A stretch of 64,000 bases of DNA from an uncultured bacterium (lineage in GTDB: Bacteria; Krumholzibacteriota; Krumholzibacteriia; JACNKJ01), in NCBI GenBank assembly GCA_963695095.1, contig CAVOFT010000001.1, positions 192,001-256,000 of the forward strand. Direction: 5' to 3'. The position numbers and the translations under genes were made by a program. The notes under the pieces were generated by a model. That model saw nothing but the letters and a program-made list of their open reading frames with translations, did no database searches and had not been told where the DNA came from. Shown here piece after piece: positions 39,102-50,523 of the stretch. The number at the start of each line of letters is the position of its first letter. Position 1 is the stretch's first letter.

Positions 39102-40010
39102 ATGAGGCACCTTCTTGCTGCAGCGCTGCTGCTCGCGGCCTGCGATGCTTTGGCGGGTTGGTGCGGGCCGGATCTCGTCTTTTTCCATGCCGGCGGCCAC
39201 CCGGAGACCTGTCGCGCCGACCTCGTGCCCCTGCAGGAGCAATCCATCGAAGTCCACCTCGTGGCCTACGACCTGCCGGGGCCGCTCTCCGAGCTGCAGT
39301 TCCGCGCCGAGAACTGGCTCAGCCCGGGCGAGCCGCCGCAGGGCGAGATTGCGGAGATGTGGGCGGCCGATGCCGTCGCAGGCGACCTGGCCACGGGGAT
39401 CACCCTCACCTGGAATGAGGGCCTGGCACCGTTTCACACGAACTTCGACGGATCGCAGAGCTTCCGCCTCGGCACGATCTCGCTGCTGCCCTACACGGCG
39501 GATTGGGCAGGAACCAACCACCAGGTGCGCTTGCGCGATCTCAGCTACAGGAATCTGGAAGGACAGGAGTTCGTCGGCGATGAGTTGGAGCATAGCCTCT
39601 TTACGCTCAATGCCGACAGCGAAAGCGAATGCATCGACTTCATCGTTGATCCGCCCTTCTTGAACTACTGCAGTTGGACCTTGATGTCCCCGCCTGATGG
39701 CGGCACGGTGAGCGGCGACTTCGTCTTCCGTGGCAAGCTGGCCTACTTCTCCTGCTGGAACTACTGGCCATACCCGGTGAGGGCGACGGTGAAGCTGAAT
39801 GGCATGCAGATCGGTGTCCACGAGGACGAGATTCTGCTCGAGCTCGAGCAGCTGGTGTCAGTGAGCGGGATCGGCGATGGGGAGAGCTTCACGATCACGG
39901 TGGAGACCGATGCGGGCTGGCCTTGCCAGCCGAGCTACACTTACACCTACACCCTGGACACCACCGCCACTGGGCGCGAGAGCTTCTCGGCGATCAAGGC
40001 TTGCTACTAG
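39102..40010 (+). CDS. Secreted hypothetical protein with short C-terminal 'SFSAIKACY' tail
   Basis: RBS GGAGG, signal peptide, beta-rich body, ends TTATGRESFSAIKACY*. Confidence 0.7.
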   Translation: MRHLLAAALLLAACDALAGWCGPDLVFFHAGGHPETCRADLVPLQEQSIEVHLVAYDLPGPLSELQFRAENWLSPGEPPQGEIAEMWAADAVAGDLATGITLTWNEGLAPFHTNFDGSQSFRLGTISLLPYTADWAGTNHQVRLRDLSYRNLEGQEFVGDELEHSLFTLNADSESECIDFIVDPPFLNYCSWTLMSPPDGGTVSGDFVFRGKLAYFSCWNYWPYPVRATVKLNGMQIGVHEDEILLELEQLVSVSGIGDGESFTITVETDAGWPCQPSYTYTYTLDTTATGRESFSAIKACY

Positions 40011-40042
40011 GCGCAAACGAGTGCGGGGCGATCAACCTGCGC

Positions 40043-41560
40043 TCAGGGCAGCTGCAGCTCGCAGACGCGGCGCAGGTGGTGGCCGGTCACGGCCAGCGTG
40101 ATGGCGAGCGGCAGCTTGCGCACGTCGTGGCAGGCGGTCCAGCCCAGCAGGCGCCAGTACTCCTTGCGCTCACGGCCGACGATGCCCAGGCGCAGCACCG
40201 AGCGCAGAAAGGCGCCCAGGTCCGCCCAGACCAGGCGCCGCCGGCGCTGGCTCGTGCGGTGCTCGCGCAGCAGCGTGCGGATGCGGGCGTAGTAGGGCCG
40301 CGGCGCGTAGATGCCCCTCAGGATCGAGCGGTAACCCTCTTGCAGGAGTTGCGCGTTCATGCGCGGCACGATGTTGGTGGAGCCGTCCGCGTTGTCTCCG
40401 GTCATGGAGCCGGTGAGGCGGCCTTCACTCTGCATGCGCGCGTAAAGGCGCGTGCCGGCCGGCGCTTGCAGCAGGCCCACCATGGCGGTGACGATGCCGC
40501 TCTTCTGGATGAAGTCGATCTGGCGCTGGAAGACGCTGGGCGGGTCGCTGTCGAAGCCGACGATGAAGCCGCCCTGCACTTCCAGGCCCGCGCGCTGGAT
40601 GCGCTGCACGCTGGCCACCAGGTCGCGGCCCATGTTCTGGCGCTTGCTGCACTCGTTCAGGCTGCTCTCCTCGGGCGTCTCGATGCCGATGAAGACGCGC
40701 TCGAAGCCGGCGGCGGCCATGGCAGAGAGCAGCGCGGGGTCGTCGGCCAGGTTGATGGACACCTGCGTGTTGAAGCGCAGGCGTGGCCTGCCGCGCCGCC
40801 AGGCGCTGAGCGCCGGCAGCAGGTCGTGCTTGAGGGCGTGCTTGTTGCCGATCAGGTTGTCGTCGGCAAAGAAGATGTCATTGCGCCAGCCGCGGGCGTA
40901 GAGGCCATCCAGCTCGGTGAGGATCTGCGCGCTGGTCTTCAGGCGCATGCGGTGGCCGAAGAGCGCGGTCACGTTGCAGAAGTCGCAGTCGAAGGGGCAG
41001 CCGCGGCTGTACTGGATGCTCATCGTAGCGTAGCGCTTCAGGTTGAGCAGGTCCCAGCGCGGGGTGGGCGAACCGGCGAGGTCGGCGCGCTCGGGCGAAG
41101 CGGTGACGCGCGGCGCCTCGCCAGCGGCGAGCGCGGCCAGGAAGGGCGGCAGCGTGACTTCGGCTTCGCCGAGCACGAGGTGGTCCACCTGCGGGAAACG
41201 CTCGGGCTCGTTGGTGAAGAGCGGTCCGCCGGCCACCACGGGCAGGCGCCAGGCCTGGCAGCGGTCGATCACTTGCACGGCGGAGCCGGACTGCACGCTC
41301 ATGGCGCTGACGAGGGCGATGTCCGCCCAGGCGAGGTCGGCGTCCGTGAGGCGGGTCACGTTCATGTCCACGAGGCGCAGCTGCCAGTCAGGCGGCAGCA
41401 GGGCCGCCACGGTGAGCAGGCCCAGCGGCGGGGAGCTGGCGCGCTTGCGCACGATCTTGAGCGCGTGGCCGAAGCTCCAGAAGGTCTCGGGGAACTCGGG
41501 ATAGATGAGCAGGGCCCGGCGGCCCGTGCCGCCTCCTGAGGAGAGGCCAGGAATGAGCAT
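40043..41560 (-). CDS. B12-binding radical SAM protein (DUF4070-type)
   Basis: PPLGLLTVAALLP, VAGGP, SRGCPFDCDFC, FFADDN.IGN, GFIVGFD.D. Confidence 0.92.
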   Translation of the reverse strand: MLIPGLSSGGGTGRRALLIYPEFPETFWSFGHALKIVRKRASSPPLGLLTVAALLPPDWQLRLVDMNVTRLTDADLAWADIALVSAMSVQSGSAVQVIDRCQAWRLPVVAGGPLFTNEPERFPQVDHLVLGEAEVTLPPFLAALAAGEAPRVTASPERADLAGSPTPRWDLLNLKRYATMSIQYSRGCPFDCDFCNVTALFGHRMRLKTSAQILTELDGLYARGWRNDIFFADDNLIGNKHALKHDLLPALSAWRRGRPRLRFNTQVSINLADDPALLSAMAAAGFERVFIGIETPEESSLNECSKRQNMGRDLVASVQRIQRAGLEVQGGFIVGFDSDPPSVFQRQIDFIQKSGIVTAMVGLLQAPAGTRLYARMQSEGRLTGSMTGDNADGSTNIVPRMNAQLLQEGYRSILRGIYAPRPYYARIRTLLREHRTSQRRRRLVWADLGAFLRSVLRLGIVGRERKEYWRLLGWTACHDVRKLPLAITLAVTGHHLRRVCELQLP

Positions 41561-41769
41561 CGCGATCGCTTTCGCCGTGCGGCGCGTCCGCACGGGCCGC
41601 TCACTATTATGGAGGCGGCGATTCGCTAGCGGATCGGGCGCTGAGCGCGAACTGCGTCGCGAAGGAGCGCGGGCCGGCTATCCGGCGACAACCGAGTCAC
41701 GGGTTTCCGCCTCGGAGAATCGATCCTCGGAGATATCGGACTTGGGCGTAGTATAGCCACAATCCCTCA

Positions 41770-41787
41770 ATTGTACACGTGTACAAT
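41770..41787. promoter_or_regulatory. 18-bp perfect palindrome ATTGTACACGTGTACAAT
   Basis: Read directly; overlaps the expected -35 position of a minus-strand TATACT (41755-50) upstream of the radical SAM gene. Confidence 0.6.
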
Positions 41788-41795
41788 CCGGCTCT

Positions 41796-41809
41796 TTGCC
41801 ACGTGGCAA
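41796..41809. repeat. Palindrome TTGCCACGTGGCAA, copy 1
   Basis: Same 14-mer at 50315-50328 and 60009-60022. Confidence 0.9.
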
Positions 41810-41811
41810 CG

Positions 41812-42309
41812 CTAGTGCTCGCTATCCTCTTCAAGGTCAGTGGGTTGAGGCGCCGCCGGCTGCGCGTAGGCCGAGGCCGCGCCGTGCTCGTAGACCAGCG
41901 CGCCGCCCAGCTTGCCCGTCCAGGTGACCTGGGCGGCCATGAGCAGGGCGGCCGTGAGGAAGGCCCAGCGGCCGGCCGCGCCCAGGCGGCCCTTGAGGAA
42001 GCCCGCGGCAGCCAGGGCGAGGCCCACCCAGGCGAGGATCATGAAGCCCTCGGCCCGCTCTTCGTGGTCGTGGATGAGGTTGCGGGCGACGAACTTCTCC
42101 ACCCGATCCTCGGTGGCCCCGCCGCTGCGCACGGCGACGATGCCCGCCACGAGGGTGAAGACCATGAGCGCCGCCACCGGCCACCAGGCGGCGCGGGCCG
42201 CCCTGGCGCGGGCGCCCCAGAGCAGGGCGACCAGGGCCGCCAAGGGCAGCAGGTAGGCGAAGGCGATGGGGAAGTGGACGACGGCGGGGTGGAGCGGGTC
42301 GGGTAGCAT
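41812..42309 (-). CDS. DUF2231-family membrane protein
   Basis: LHPAVVHFPIA; H...A; TGKLGGALVYEHG; four TM helices; RBS AAGGAGG. Confidence 0.82.
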   Translation of the reverse strand: MLPDPLHPAVVHFPIAFAYLLPLAALVALLWGARARAARAAWWPVAALMVFTLVAGIVAVRSGGATEDRVEKFVARNLIHDHEERAEGFMILAWVGLALAAAGFLKGRLGAAGRWAFLTAALLMAAQVTWTGKLGGALVYEHGAASAYAQPAAPQPTDLEEDSEH

Positions 42310-42518
42310 AGGGCCTCCTTCTAGTCTGGCAAGAGCATGCCACATAGCGGCTGAAAGGGCGACAGGACATGCTGCATGCAGCGCTGCAAGTGACAACGCC
42401 GTTTCCAGGCTACCGGCGCAGGTGGCAACGCCATTGTCGCCTATCGCTTCAGGATGTACACGTGCAGTAGTAACTCATTGCCATTAAATAAGTAACAATG
42501 ATTGCGCACCCTGTCTGC

Positions 42519-42535
42519 TTGGCACGGCACCTGAG
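42519..42535 (+). promoter_or_regulatory. Candidate sigma54 (-24/-12) promoter
   Basis: TTGGCACG-GCAC-CTGAG versus consensus TGGCACG-N4-TTGC (perfect -24, imperfect -12). Preceded by an AT-rich tract (42469-42503) and followed by AAGGAGG and ATG 42571. Confidence 0.55.
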
Positions 42536-42570
42536 CCCTTCGGAGATACCCCAAATCCAAGGAGGCACGG

Positions 42571-42918
42571 ATGCGCCCGAAGCGATTCCAGCGAGATATG
42601 GGCCATGCACTCTTGCTGATGCTCTTGGCAGCCCCTCTAGCCGGTACAAGCCCAGCTCTTGCCGCCGGCTCTGACCTTCCTTCAGGCGACGATTACGATG
42701 ACGGAGCAAACATCTGCATGCTGGGACGATTGGCTACTCCGCATCGCAGCACAGGCGAAGGCGCGCCGGAAGGGGCGGTCCGTCGCCGCCATGGCGACGA
42801 CGATGACGATGGAGTAAATCTGACTTCACTGCGACTGTATCTCACCCCGCCGCTCTTGATCCCGATGGCGACCCGGCCCGCCATGTCTTCGATTTGTGCG
42901 CGCTGGCAAATCCATTAG
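42571..42918 (+). CDS. Small secreted peptide precursor 1 (two GDDxDDG motifs)
   Basis: Perfect RBS AAGGAGG; basic N-region, hydrophobic core and ALA-A cleavage site; SGDDYDDGA and HGDDDDDGV. The 3' end may be frameshifted (another frame gives DPDGDP...LPRWLRR). Confidence 0.68.
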   Translation: MRPKRFQRDMGHALLLMLLAAPLAGTSPALAAGSDLPSGDDYDDGANICMLGRLATPHRSTGEGAPEGAVRRRHGDDDDDGVNLTSLRLYLTPPLLIPMATRPAMSSICARWQIH

Positions 42919-42980
42919 GCGCCGCCGTCCCAGGGGCGACGCCCACACTGCAGCTTCCGCGCTGGCTCAGGCGCTCCACT

Positions 42981-43010
42981 CCCTGGCCGCCCCTTTTGGG
43001 GCGGCCAGGG
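42981..43010. terminator. 13-bp perfect hairpin between the two peptide genes
   Basis: CCCTGGCCGCCCC-TTTT-GGGGCGGCCAGGG; no clear U-tract. Confidence 0.55.
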
Positions 43011-43255
43011 GCGCGAGGCCCCACTTCTCAATTGACCATCCCCAGCGTCTCGGCTAAACTTCCTTACGCGTTTCAGGATCAGGGACTAGGGGTCAGGATT
43101 CCCAGCGACTTCCCCGCCCTCCCCATGGCCACATCACTTTGTGGCGCACCCGTTGCTGGATCCTGCCGGCATACTCCACCGGTACCCCATCCCCATAACT
43201 GGTCCCCGCCGCTACCAGGGGATCAGGCTTGGCGTAAACGCTAAGGAGCTTCTTC

Positions 43256-43504
43256 ATGGTTAGGCGAAGGCGCACCAAGCTCTGGCCGCTATTCCTGGCG
43301 CTTCTTCTCATCTCCCTTTGGAGCACGCCACTCTTCGCCCGCGAGCCCCAATCAGGACCCGGAGGGCTACAATCTGCGAGAAGCATCGAAGCTGATGGTG
43401 ACGATGATGACCAAGGGAGGCACAGTCGTCTGCGTAACCACATCTGGTTCTTGCAACGAGCTACTGCAGGACACTTCGCTGGGTCGGTAGGACTCGAGCC
43501 GTGA
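43256..43504 (+). CDS. Small secreted peptide precursor 2 (GDDDDQG motif)
   Basis: RBS AAGGAG; MVRRRRTK-LWPLFLALLLISLW-STPLFA signal peptide; DGDDDDQGR; basic/Trp-containing tail. Confidence 0.72.
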   Translation: MVRRRRTKLWPLFLALLLISLWSTPLFAREPQSGPGGLQSARSIEADGDDDDQGRHSRLRNHIWFLQRATAGHFAGSVGLEP

Positions 43505-43519
43505 CAAGGAAGCGGGCCG

Positions 43520-45903
<2,384 letters not shown>

Positions 45904-45907
<4 letters not shown>

Positions 45908-46197
45908 GCTCCTCGATAGTGCCGACCGCGCCTGCCGGGCGTGCCCTCCTGAGCCATGGCTGGTCCCGCCTCGCGCTCCCGCGTACGGCGCCGCCTGTTC
46001 GCAAGGACGAACACGGCGAGACCGACGAGCACGGAGCCGGCCATCACGGGCTTGCTGGACGGCATGACCATGCTCATCGCAACGGGCAGCAAGATCAGCC
46101 CCAGCCCCAGGGCCTCGGCATCAGTTCCGCCGATCAGCCGCTTCGCCAGCCACGCCAGACCCCAGGCAATCGACAGTGCAAGGATCGCTTGCCACAT
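45904..46197 (-). CDS. Small hypothetical membrane protein (about 3 TM)
   Basis: RBS GGAGG before ATG 46197; hydrophobic segments then a basic tail. Confidence 0.55.
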
Positions 46198-46363
46198 GAG
46201 TACCTCCGCCCAACGAGTGATCGCTTGCCGTTGCGAAGCCCACGGCAGCAGAGCATAGGCCCCATCCAGCATAGGCTGCAAGCTCCACTGCCGGCACTCG
46301 AGCGCTTGCAAGAGCCGCGCGCTTTCTCGGACAATCGCCACACCCCCAGCCAGGAGGACCGTC

Positions 46364-46918
46364 ATGCGCGCCATCCGCCTCGCCGCCCTCGCCTGCCTGC
46401 TCTTCGCCCTTGGCCTCGCCGCCACGCTCGCCCAGGCGCAGCCGCCGGCGGAGCCCTACCTCGACGAACACCTCGCCCCCTTCAAGCCCTTCCTCGGCAA
46501 GACCTTCCGCGGCGAGCTGAGTGACTCCACGCCCGAGCAGCCCATGGTCGACGTCAGCCGATGGGAGCGCGCACTCGCCGGCAAGGCCGTGCGCAACCTG
46601 CACTCGGTGAACGACGGCGCCTACTGCGGCGAGTCCATCGTGTTCTGGGACGCCGCGGCGGCCAGCCTGGTCTACTACTACTTCACCTCGGGCGGCTTCT
46701 ACACGCAGGGCACCATGAAGGTGGAGGGCGGCAAGTACATCGCCCACGAGAAGGTCACGGGCAACACGGACGGCATCACCGAGGTGCGCTCCACGGGCGA
46801 GCTGCTCGCCGACGGCACGCTCAAGGCGAGTGCCGAGTACCTCAAGAACGGCGAGTGGGTGCCGGGCCACGGGGCCGTCTACCGCGAGGCGCCCGATGCC
46901 AAGGTGATCGGCCCCTAG
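46364..46918 (+). CDS. Secreted hypothetical beta-barrel-like protein
   Basis: RBS AGGAGG, signal peptide, strong codon bias; DVSRWERAL.GKAVR..HSVNDG.Y.GE. Confidence 0.78.
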   Translation: MRAIRLAALACLLFALGLAATLAQAQPPAEPYLDEHLAPFKPFLGKTFRGELSDSTPEQPMVDVSRWERALAGKAVRNLHSVNDGAYCGESIVFWDAAAASLVYYYFTSGGFYTQGTMKVEGGKYIAHEKVTGNTDGITEVRSTGELLADGTLKASAEYLKNGEWVPGHGAVYREAPDAKVIGP

Positions 46919-46920
46919 CC

Positions 46921-47019
46921 ATGGCCCAGCTCCTCCTCGTGCACTGGCATCCCGCCGAAGCCGCCGAGCGCGCCGATAGGCCGGACCCTCGAGAGGCCGC
47001 ACTGGCGAAAGCAGGCTAG
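46921..47019 (+). pseudogene. Possible truncated gene remnant (MAQLLLVHWHPAEAAERA...)
   Basis: ATG 2 nt after the upstream stop; coding-like for ~18 codons, then composition changes and it stops. Confidence 0.3.
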
Positions 47020-47185
47020 GCCCGATTGCCCGCTGCGCGCCCAGGGCGCTCGCCCCAAGACCCTGGCCGCCCCCCGGCAGGCCCCGACTGCCTGGATTTC
47101 AGCCTCCTGTTACGGGAATGTTAGGAGGGGCTTGCAAGGGCGGCCCAAGTTCGCTAGGGTGCCGGGTTCCGTAAGGAGATGACAG

Positions 47186-47575
47186 ATGCCGGGAAGTATA
47201 AGTAATAAAGTGAATTACGAGTTTCACCCGGACGGCTACATCATCTGCACGCCTCAGCCCGGCGTCGAGATCGAGCTGGAGGACGCCGTCCAGCTCTTCG
47301 AGGCTGCCCGGACGCGCTACGGCAAGCCCTTCGGCCTCCTCTTCAACCGGATCCACGAAGCCTCCATCTCCTTTTCCGTCTACGAGTACATCGAGTCCGC
47401 CGCGGATATCGTTGCCATGGCCGTGGTGCTCTACGACCGGGGGAGCTTCCCCGCCGCCCGGATGGAGGCGCGCTACTTCCGCGGGACCCCCTATGCCAGC
47501 TTCTTCGATCTCGACACCGCCCAGGTCTGGATCTGCGAACAGCTGGGGGACCGCGCCAAGCCGACGGACGCTTGA
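47186..47575 (+). CDS. Hypothetical STAS/SpoIIAA-like small alpha/beta protein
   Basis: RBS AAGGAG; A.AVV...F.DLDTA..W end typical of SpoIIAA-like folds. Confidence 0.6.
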   Translation: MPGSISNKVNYEFHPDGYIICTPQPGVEIELEDAVQLFEAARTRYGKPFGLLFNRIHEASISFSVYEYIESAADIVAMAVVLYDRGSFPAARMEARYFRGTPYASFFDLDTAQVWICEQLGDRAKPTDA

Positions 47576-47622
47576 CGCCCCGTCGCCCTTGACCCGCGTG
47601 GCTGCATCCCTACACTGCCCAC

Positions 47623-48270
47623 ATGCGCATCGTTTCCCTCAACGTCGGCCGTCCGCAGGCGAAGCCCTGGAAGGGCAAGCTCGTCGAGACGGGCATCTTC
47701 AAGCAGCCGGTGACGGGGCGCGTCGCCCTGCGCGGCAACCAGCTCGCCGGCGACGGCCAGGGCGACCCCCGCGTGCACGGCGGCGAGTTCAAGGCCGTCT
47801 ACGCCTACCCCACGGAGCACTACCCCTTCTGGCGCGCCGAGCTGGCGGTGGCCGAGCTGCCCTGGGGCGCCTTCGGCGAGAACCTGAGCACCGAGGGTCT
47901 CCTCGAGAGCGAAGCCGTGATCGGCGATGTCTACCGCATCGGCAGCGCCCGGCTGCGGATCACGCAGCCGCGCTTCCCCTGCAGCCGTCTCGCCCTGCGC
48001 CATCAGCGCGAGGACATGGTGGAGCGCTTCCTGCACAGCCTGCGCAGCGGCATCTACTTCGCGGTGGAGGAGGAAGGCGAGCTCGCCGCCGGCGATGAGA
48101 TCCAGCTCGAGCGCCGCGGCGGCTCGGGCATCACCGTGCACGAGGTGGCCGGCCTCGTGGCCGGACCCCGTGATCCCGAGCTGCTGCGCCGCGCGGCGGC
48201 CCTGGCCGAGCTCGCGCCCAGGCTGCGCGAGCAGCTCGCCGGCTACCTGGACGAGTCCAGGAACCCCTGA
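47623..48270 (+). CDS. MOSC-domain protein with 3-alpha domain (YiiM-like)
   Basis: TGIFKQPV, GD.Q.D.RVHGG..KAVY.Y, GAFGENL, QPRFPC. Confidence 0.9.
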   Translation: MRIVSLNVGRPQAKPWKGKLVETGIFKQPVTGRVALRGNQLAGDGQGDPRVHGGEFKAVYAYPTEHYPFWRAELAVAELPWGAFGENLSTEGLLESEAVIGDVYRIGSARLRITQPRFPCSRLALRHQREDMVERFLHSLRSGIYFAVEEEGELAAGDEIQLERRGGSGITVHEVAGLVAGPRDPELLRRAAALAELAPRLREQLAGYLDESRNP

Positions 48271-48816
48271 CGCGCGAGCGTCGCCAGGAGCTCGGCGCTG
48301 ATCGCTTCGTTATCATCCTTCGTGTACTTGAGCCGCGTGTAGACCTGGGCCAGGTTTGCCACGCCCGAGCTCTCCATGCGCGCGGCGAGTTCCGGATAGC
48401 TCATGTAGCGCTTCCAGCCCTCGGTCTCCCGCTCGCGGTAGACGGCGCGGATGCCGGCGTCGTCGGGATCCGCGTAGCGCTCCTCGTGCACGATGCCGCC
48501 GATCGGCAGCCGCGCCCGCGGCTGCGGGTCCTCGTCCGGCCAGCCGAGCACCAGAGCGTGGTGGCCGGGAAGACGCCCTCGGGCAGGCCGAAGAAGTCCA
48601 CGAGATCGGCGTGGCGCAGAGCGTCGTGCCCATGTAGCAGATGCCCAGGCCACGCGTCTCCTCGCCCGTGACAATAATGGAGTAGGTCTGCATGTTGCCG
48701 CTGCTCGAGGCCCGCGTGGCGGCGTGGAGGATCTCGGCGAGCAGCTCGGGCGCCACGGCGTCCGGCCGGTACTTGCGGATGCTGCGGTGCGCGGCGATCT
48801 GGGCGATGGTGTCCAT
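48243..48816 (-). pseudogene. NfsA-like nitroreductase with internal deletion and frameshifts
   Basis: HRSIRKY...RASSSGNMQTYSIIVT joins directly to GLGICYMGTT. The remainder (FGLPEGVFP; LGWPDE....R.RLP...VHEERY) lies in other frames. Confidence 0.72.
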
Positions 48817-48921
48817 GGACGGGGGGCCTCCCTTCGGCAGGCGGGGAGACTAGCGCGGCGCCGCGCCTTGGGCTAGGATTTGCGCACTGAACGCGCGACC
48901 GCGTTACCCAAGGAGGCGGAC

Positions 48922-49782
48922 ATGCGCTGGAAGGACCGTCAGGGCAGCCGGAACCTGCGCGACCTGCGCGGCGCTCGCCGACCCATGGCCATCGGCGGCG
49001 GCCTCGGCGGGCTGGGGCTCGTGATCCTGCTCGTCTACCTGCTCATGGGCGGCGACCCCACGGCCCTGCTCGATTCGCAGGGACAGGGCGCGGGCGTGGC
49101 CCCGGGCATGGAACAAGGCGTCCCCGTGGACGCCTCCTCGGACGAGCTGGCGCAGTTCATCGCCGTGGTGCTGGCCGACACGGAGGCCGTCTGGGGCGAG
49201 CTGTTCACGCAGCAGGGCTGGCGCTATGAGGAGCCCCAGCTCGTGCTCTTCAGGGATCAGGTGCGCTCGGCCTGCGGCTACCAGAGCGCGGCGGTGGGAC
49301 CTTTCTACTGCCCGGGGGATCACACGGCCTACATCGACCTCGGCTTCTACGAGCTGCTGCGCGAGCGCTTCGGGGCGGCGGGCGACTTCGCCCAGGCCTA
49401 CGTGATCGCGCACGAGGTGGGCCACCACGTGCAGAACCTGATGGGCATCTCCGAGCAGTTCGATGCGGCGAGGCAGGGTGCGAGCGAGCGCGAGGCCAAC
49501 GCGCTCTCGGTGCGCATGGAGCTGCAGGCGGACTTCTTCGCCGGCGTCTGGGCGCATCACGCCGAGCGGCGCTTCAACATGCTGGAGCCGGGCGACATCG
49601 AGGAGGCCCTGAACGCCGCCAACAAGATCGGCGACGACAACATCCAGCGCCGCGCGCAGGGCCGCGTGGTGCCCGACGCCTTCACCCACGGCACGGGCGA
49701 GCAGCGCGTGCGCTGGTTCTCGCTGGGCTTCGAGACCGGCGACCTCAGCCGCGGCGACACCTTCGCCGCGCGGGACCTCTAG
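48922..49782 (+). CDS. ypfJ: Neutral zinc metallopeptidase, YpfJ family
   Basis: MRW..R.S.N..D.R; SACG...AVGPFYCP.D; AHEVGHHVQ; ELQAD; FTHGT.EQR.RWF. Confidence 0.9.
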   Translation: MRWKDRQGSRNLRDLRGARRPMAIGGGLGGLGLVILLVYLLMGGDPTALLDSQGQGAGVAPGMEQGVPVDASSDELAQFIAVVLADTEAVWGELFTQQGWRYEEPQLVLFRDQVRSACGYQSAAVGPFYCPGDHTAYIDLGFYELLRERFGAAGDFAQAYVIAHEVGHHVQNLMGISEQFDAARQGASEREANALSVRMELQADFFAGVWAHHAERRFNMLEPGDIEEALNAANKIGDDNIQRRAQGRVVPDAFTHGTGEQRVRWFSLGFETGDLSRGDTFAARDL

Positions 49783-49783
49783 C

Positions 49784-50299
49784 GTGTCCGCCGCGCCGCC
49801 GAGCATTCGCCCCGGCCGCGCGGAAGACCTGCCGGCGATCGTCGAGATCGTGAACCACTTCATTCGCGAGACGCACGTGAGCTTCGACCTCGAGCCGCAC
49901 ACGCCGGCCTCGCGCGCGGCCTGGTTCGCCGGCTTCGCCGAGCGCGGGCCGCACCGGCTGCTGGTCGCCGAGGAGGCGGGGGAAGTGCTGGGCTACGCCG
50001 CCAGCCAGCCCTTCCGCCCCAAGGCCGGCTACGCGCGTTCGGTGGAGACGAGCATCTACCTGCGCCCCGGCGCGGAAGGCCGCGGCCTGGGCCGGCAGCT
50101 CTACGGCGCGCTCTTTGCCGAGCTGGAGCGCGAGTCGCTGCATCGGGCCTATGCGGGCATCGCCCTGCCCAACCCGGCCTCGATCGCGCTGCACGCGCGC
50201 CTGGGCTTTCGCTCCGTGGGCGCGATGCGCGAGGTGGGCTTCAAGTTCGGTCGCTACTGGGACGTGGAGTTCTACGAGAAGAGCCTCACGAGCGCCTGA
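49784..50299 (+). CDS. GNAT N-acetyltransferase (phosphinothricin acetyltransferase/YncA-like)
   Basis: ETSIYL....GRGLGRQLY; PNPASIALH.RLGF; GFKFGRYWDV. Confidence 0.9.
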   Translation: MSAAPPSIRPGRAEDLPAIVEIVNHFIRETHVSFDLEPHTPASRAAWFAGFAERGPHRLLVAEEAGEVLGYAASQPFRPKAGYARSVETSIYLRPGAEGRGLGRQLYGALFAELERESLHRAYAGIALPNPASIALHARLGFRSVGAMREVGFKFGRYWDVEFYEKSLTSA

Positions 50300-50313
50300 G
50301 CGCCACGGCCGCA

Positions 50314-50329
50314 GTTGCCACGTGGCAAC
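50314..50329. repeat. Palindrome GTTGCCACGTGGCAAC, copy 2
   Basis: 16-bp perfect palindrome, 14 nt after the GNAT stop. Confidence 0.9.
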
Positions 50330-50523
50330 AGGGGGGAGCCCCGCGCTGCCCCTTGCTTCATCGTTGGGGTGTCCGCCTCGCGACGTCCCGCCGCCCGTGT
50401 ACCGGCGGCACGAGCGCGCCGCCGGCTGTACTTTCCTTGGCATTCTTGACATACTTCGGCGTACCAGCGCTCCACGCGCGCGCACTCGCCCGCGCCCACC
50501 CCCGACGAGGACCGCGTCAACCG

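Noticed and set aside
42329..42343. Minus-strand TGGCATGCTCTTGC as a sigma54 promoter for the DUF2231 gene
   Set aside because: GG-to-GC spacing is one base short of the strict -24/-12 requirement.
42571..43504. The small ORFs as RiPP precursors for the nearby B12 radical SAM enzyme
   Set aside because: They carry Sec-type signal peptides rather than leaders, and the radical SAM gene is divergent, separated by another gene and of a common stand-alone type. Not excluded, but unsupported.
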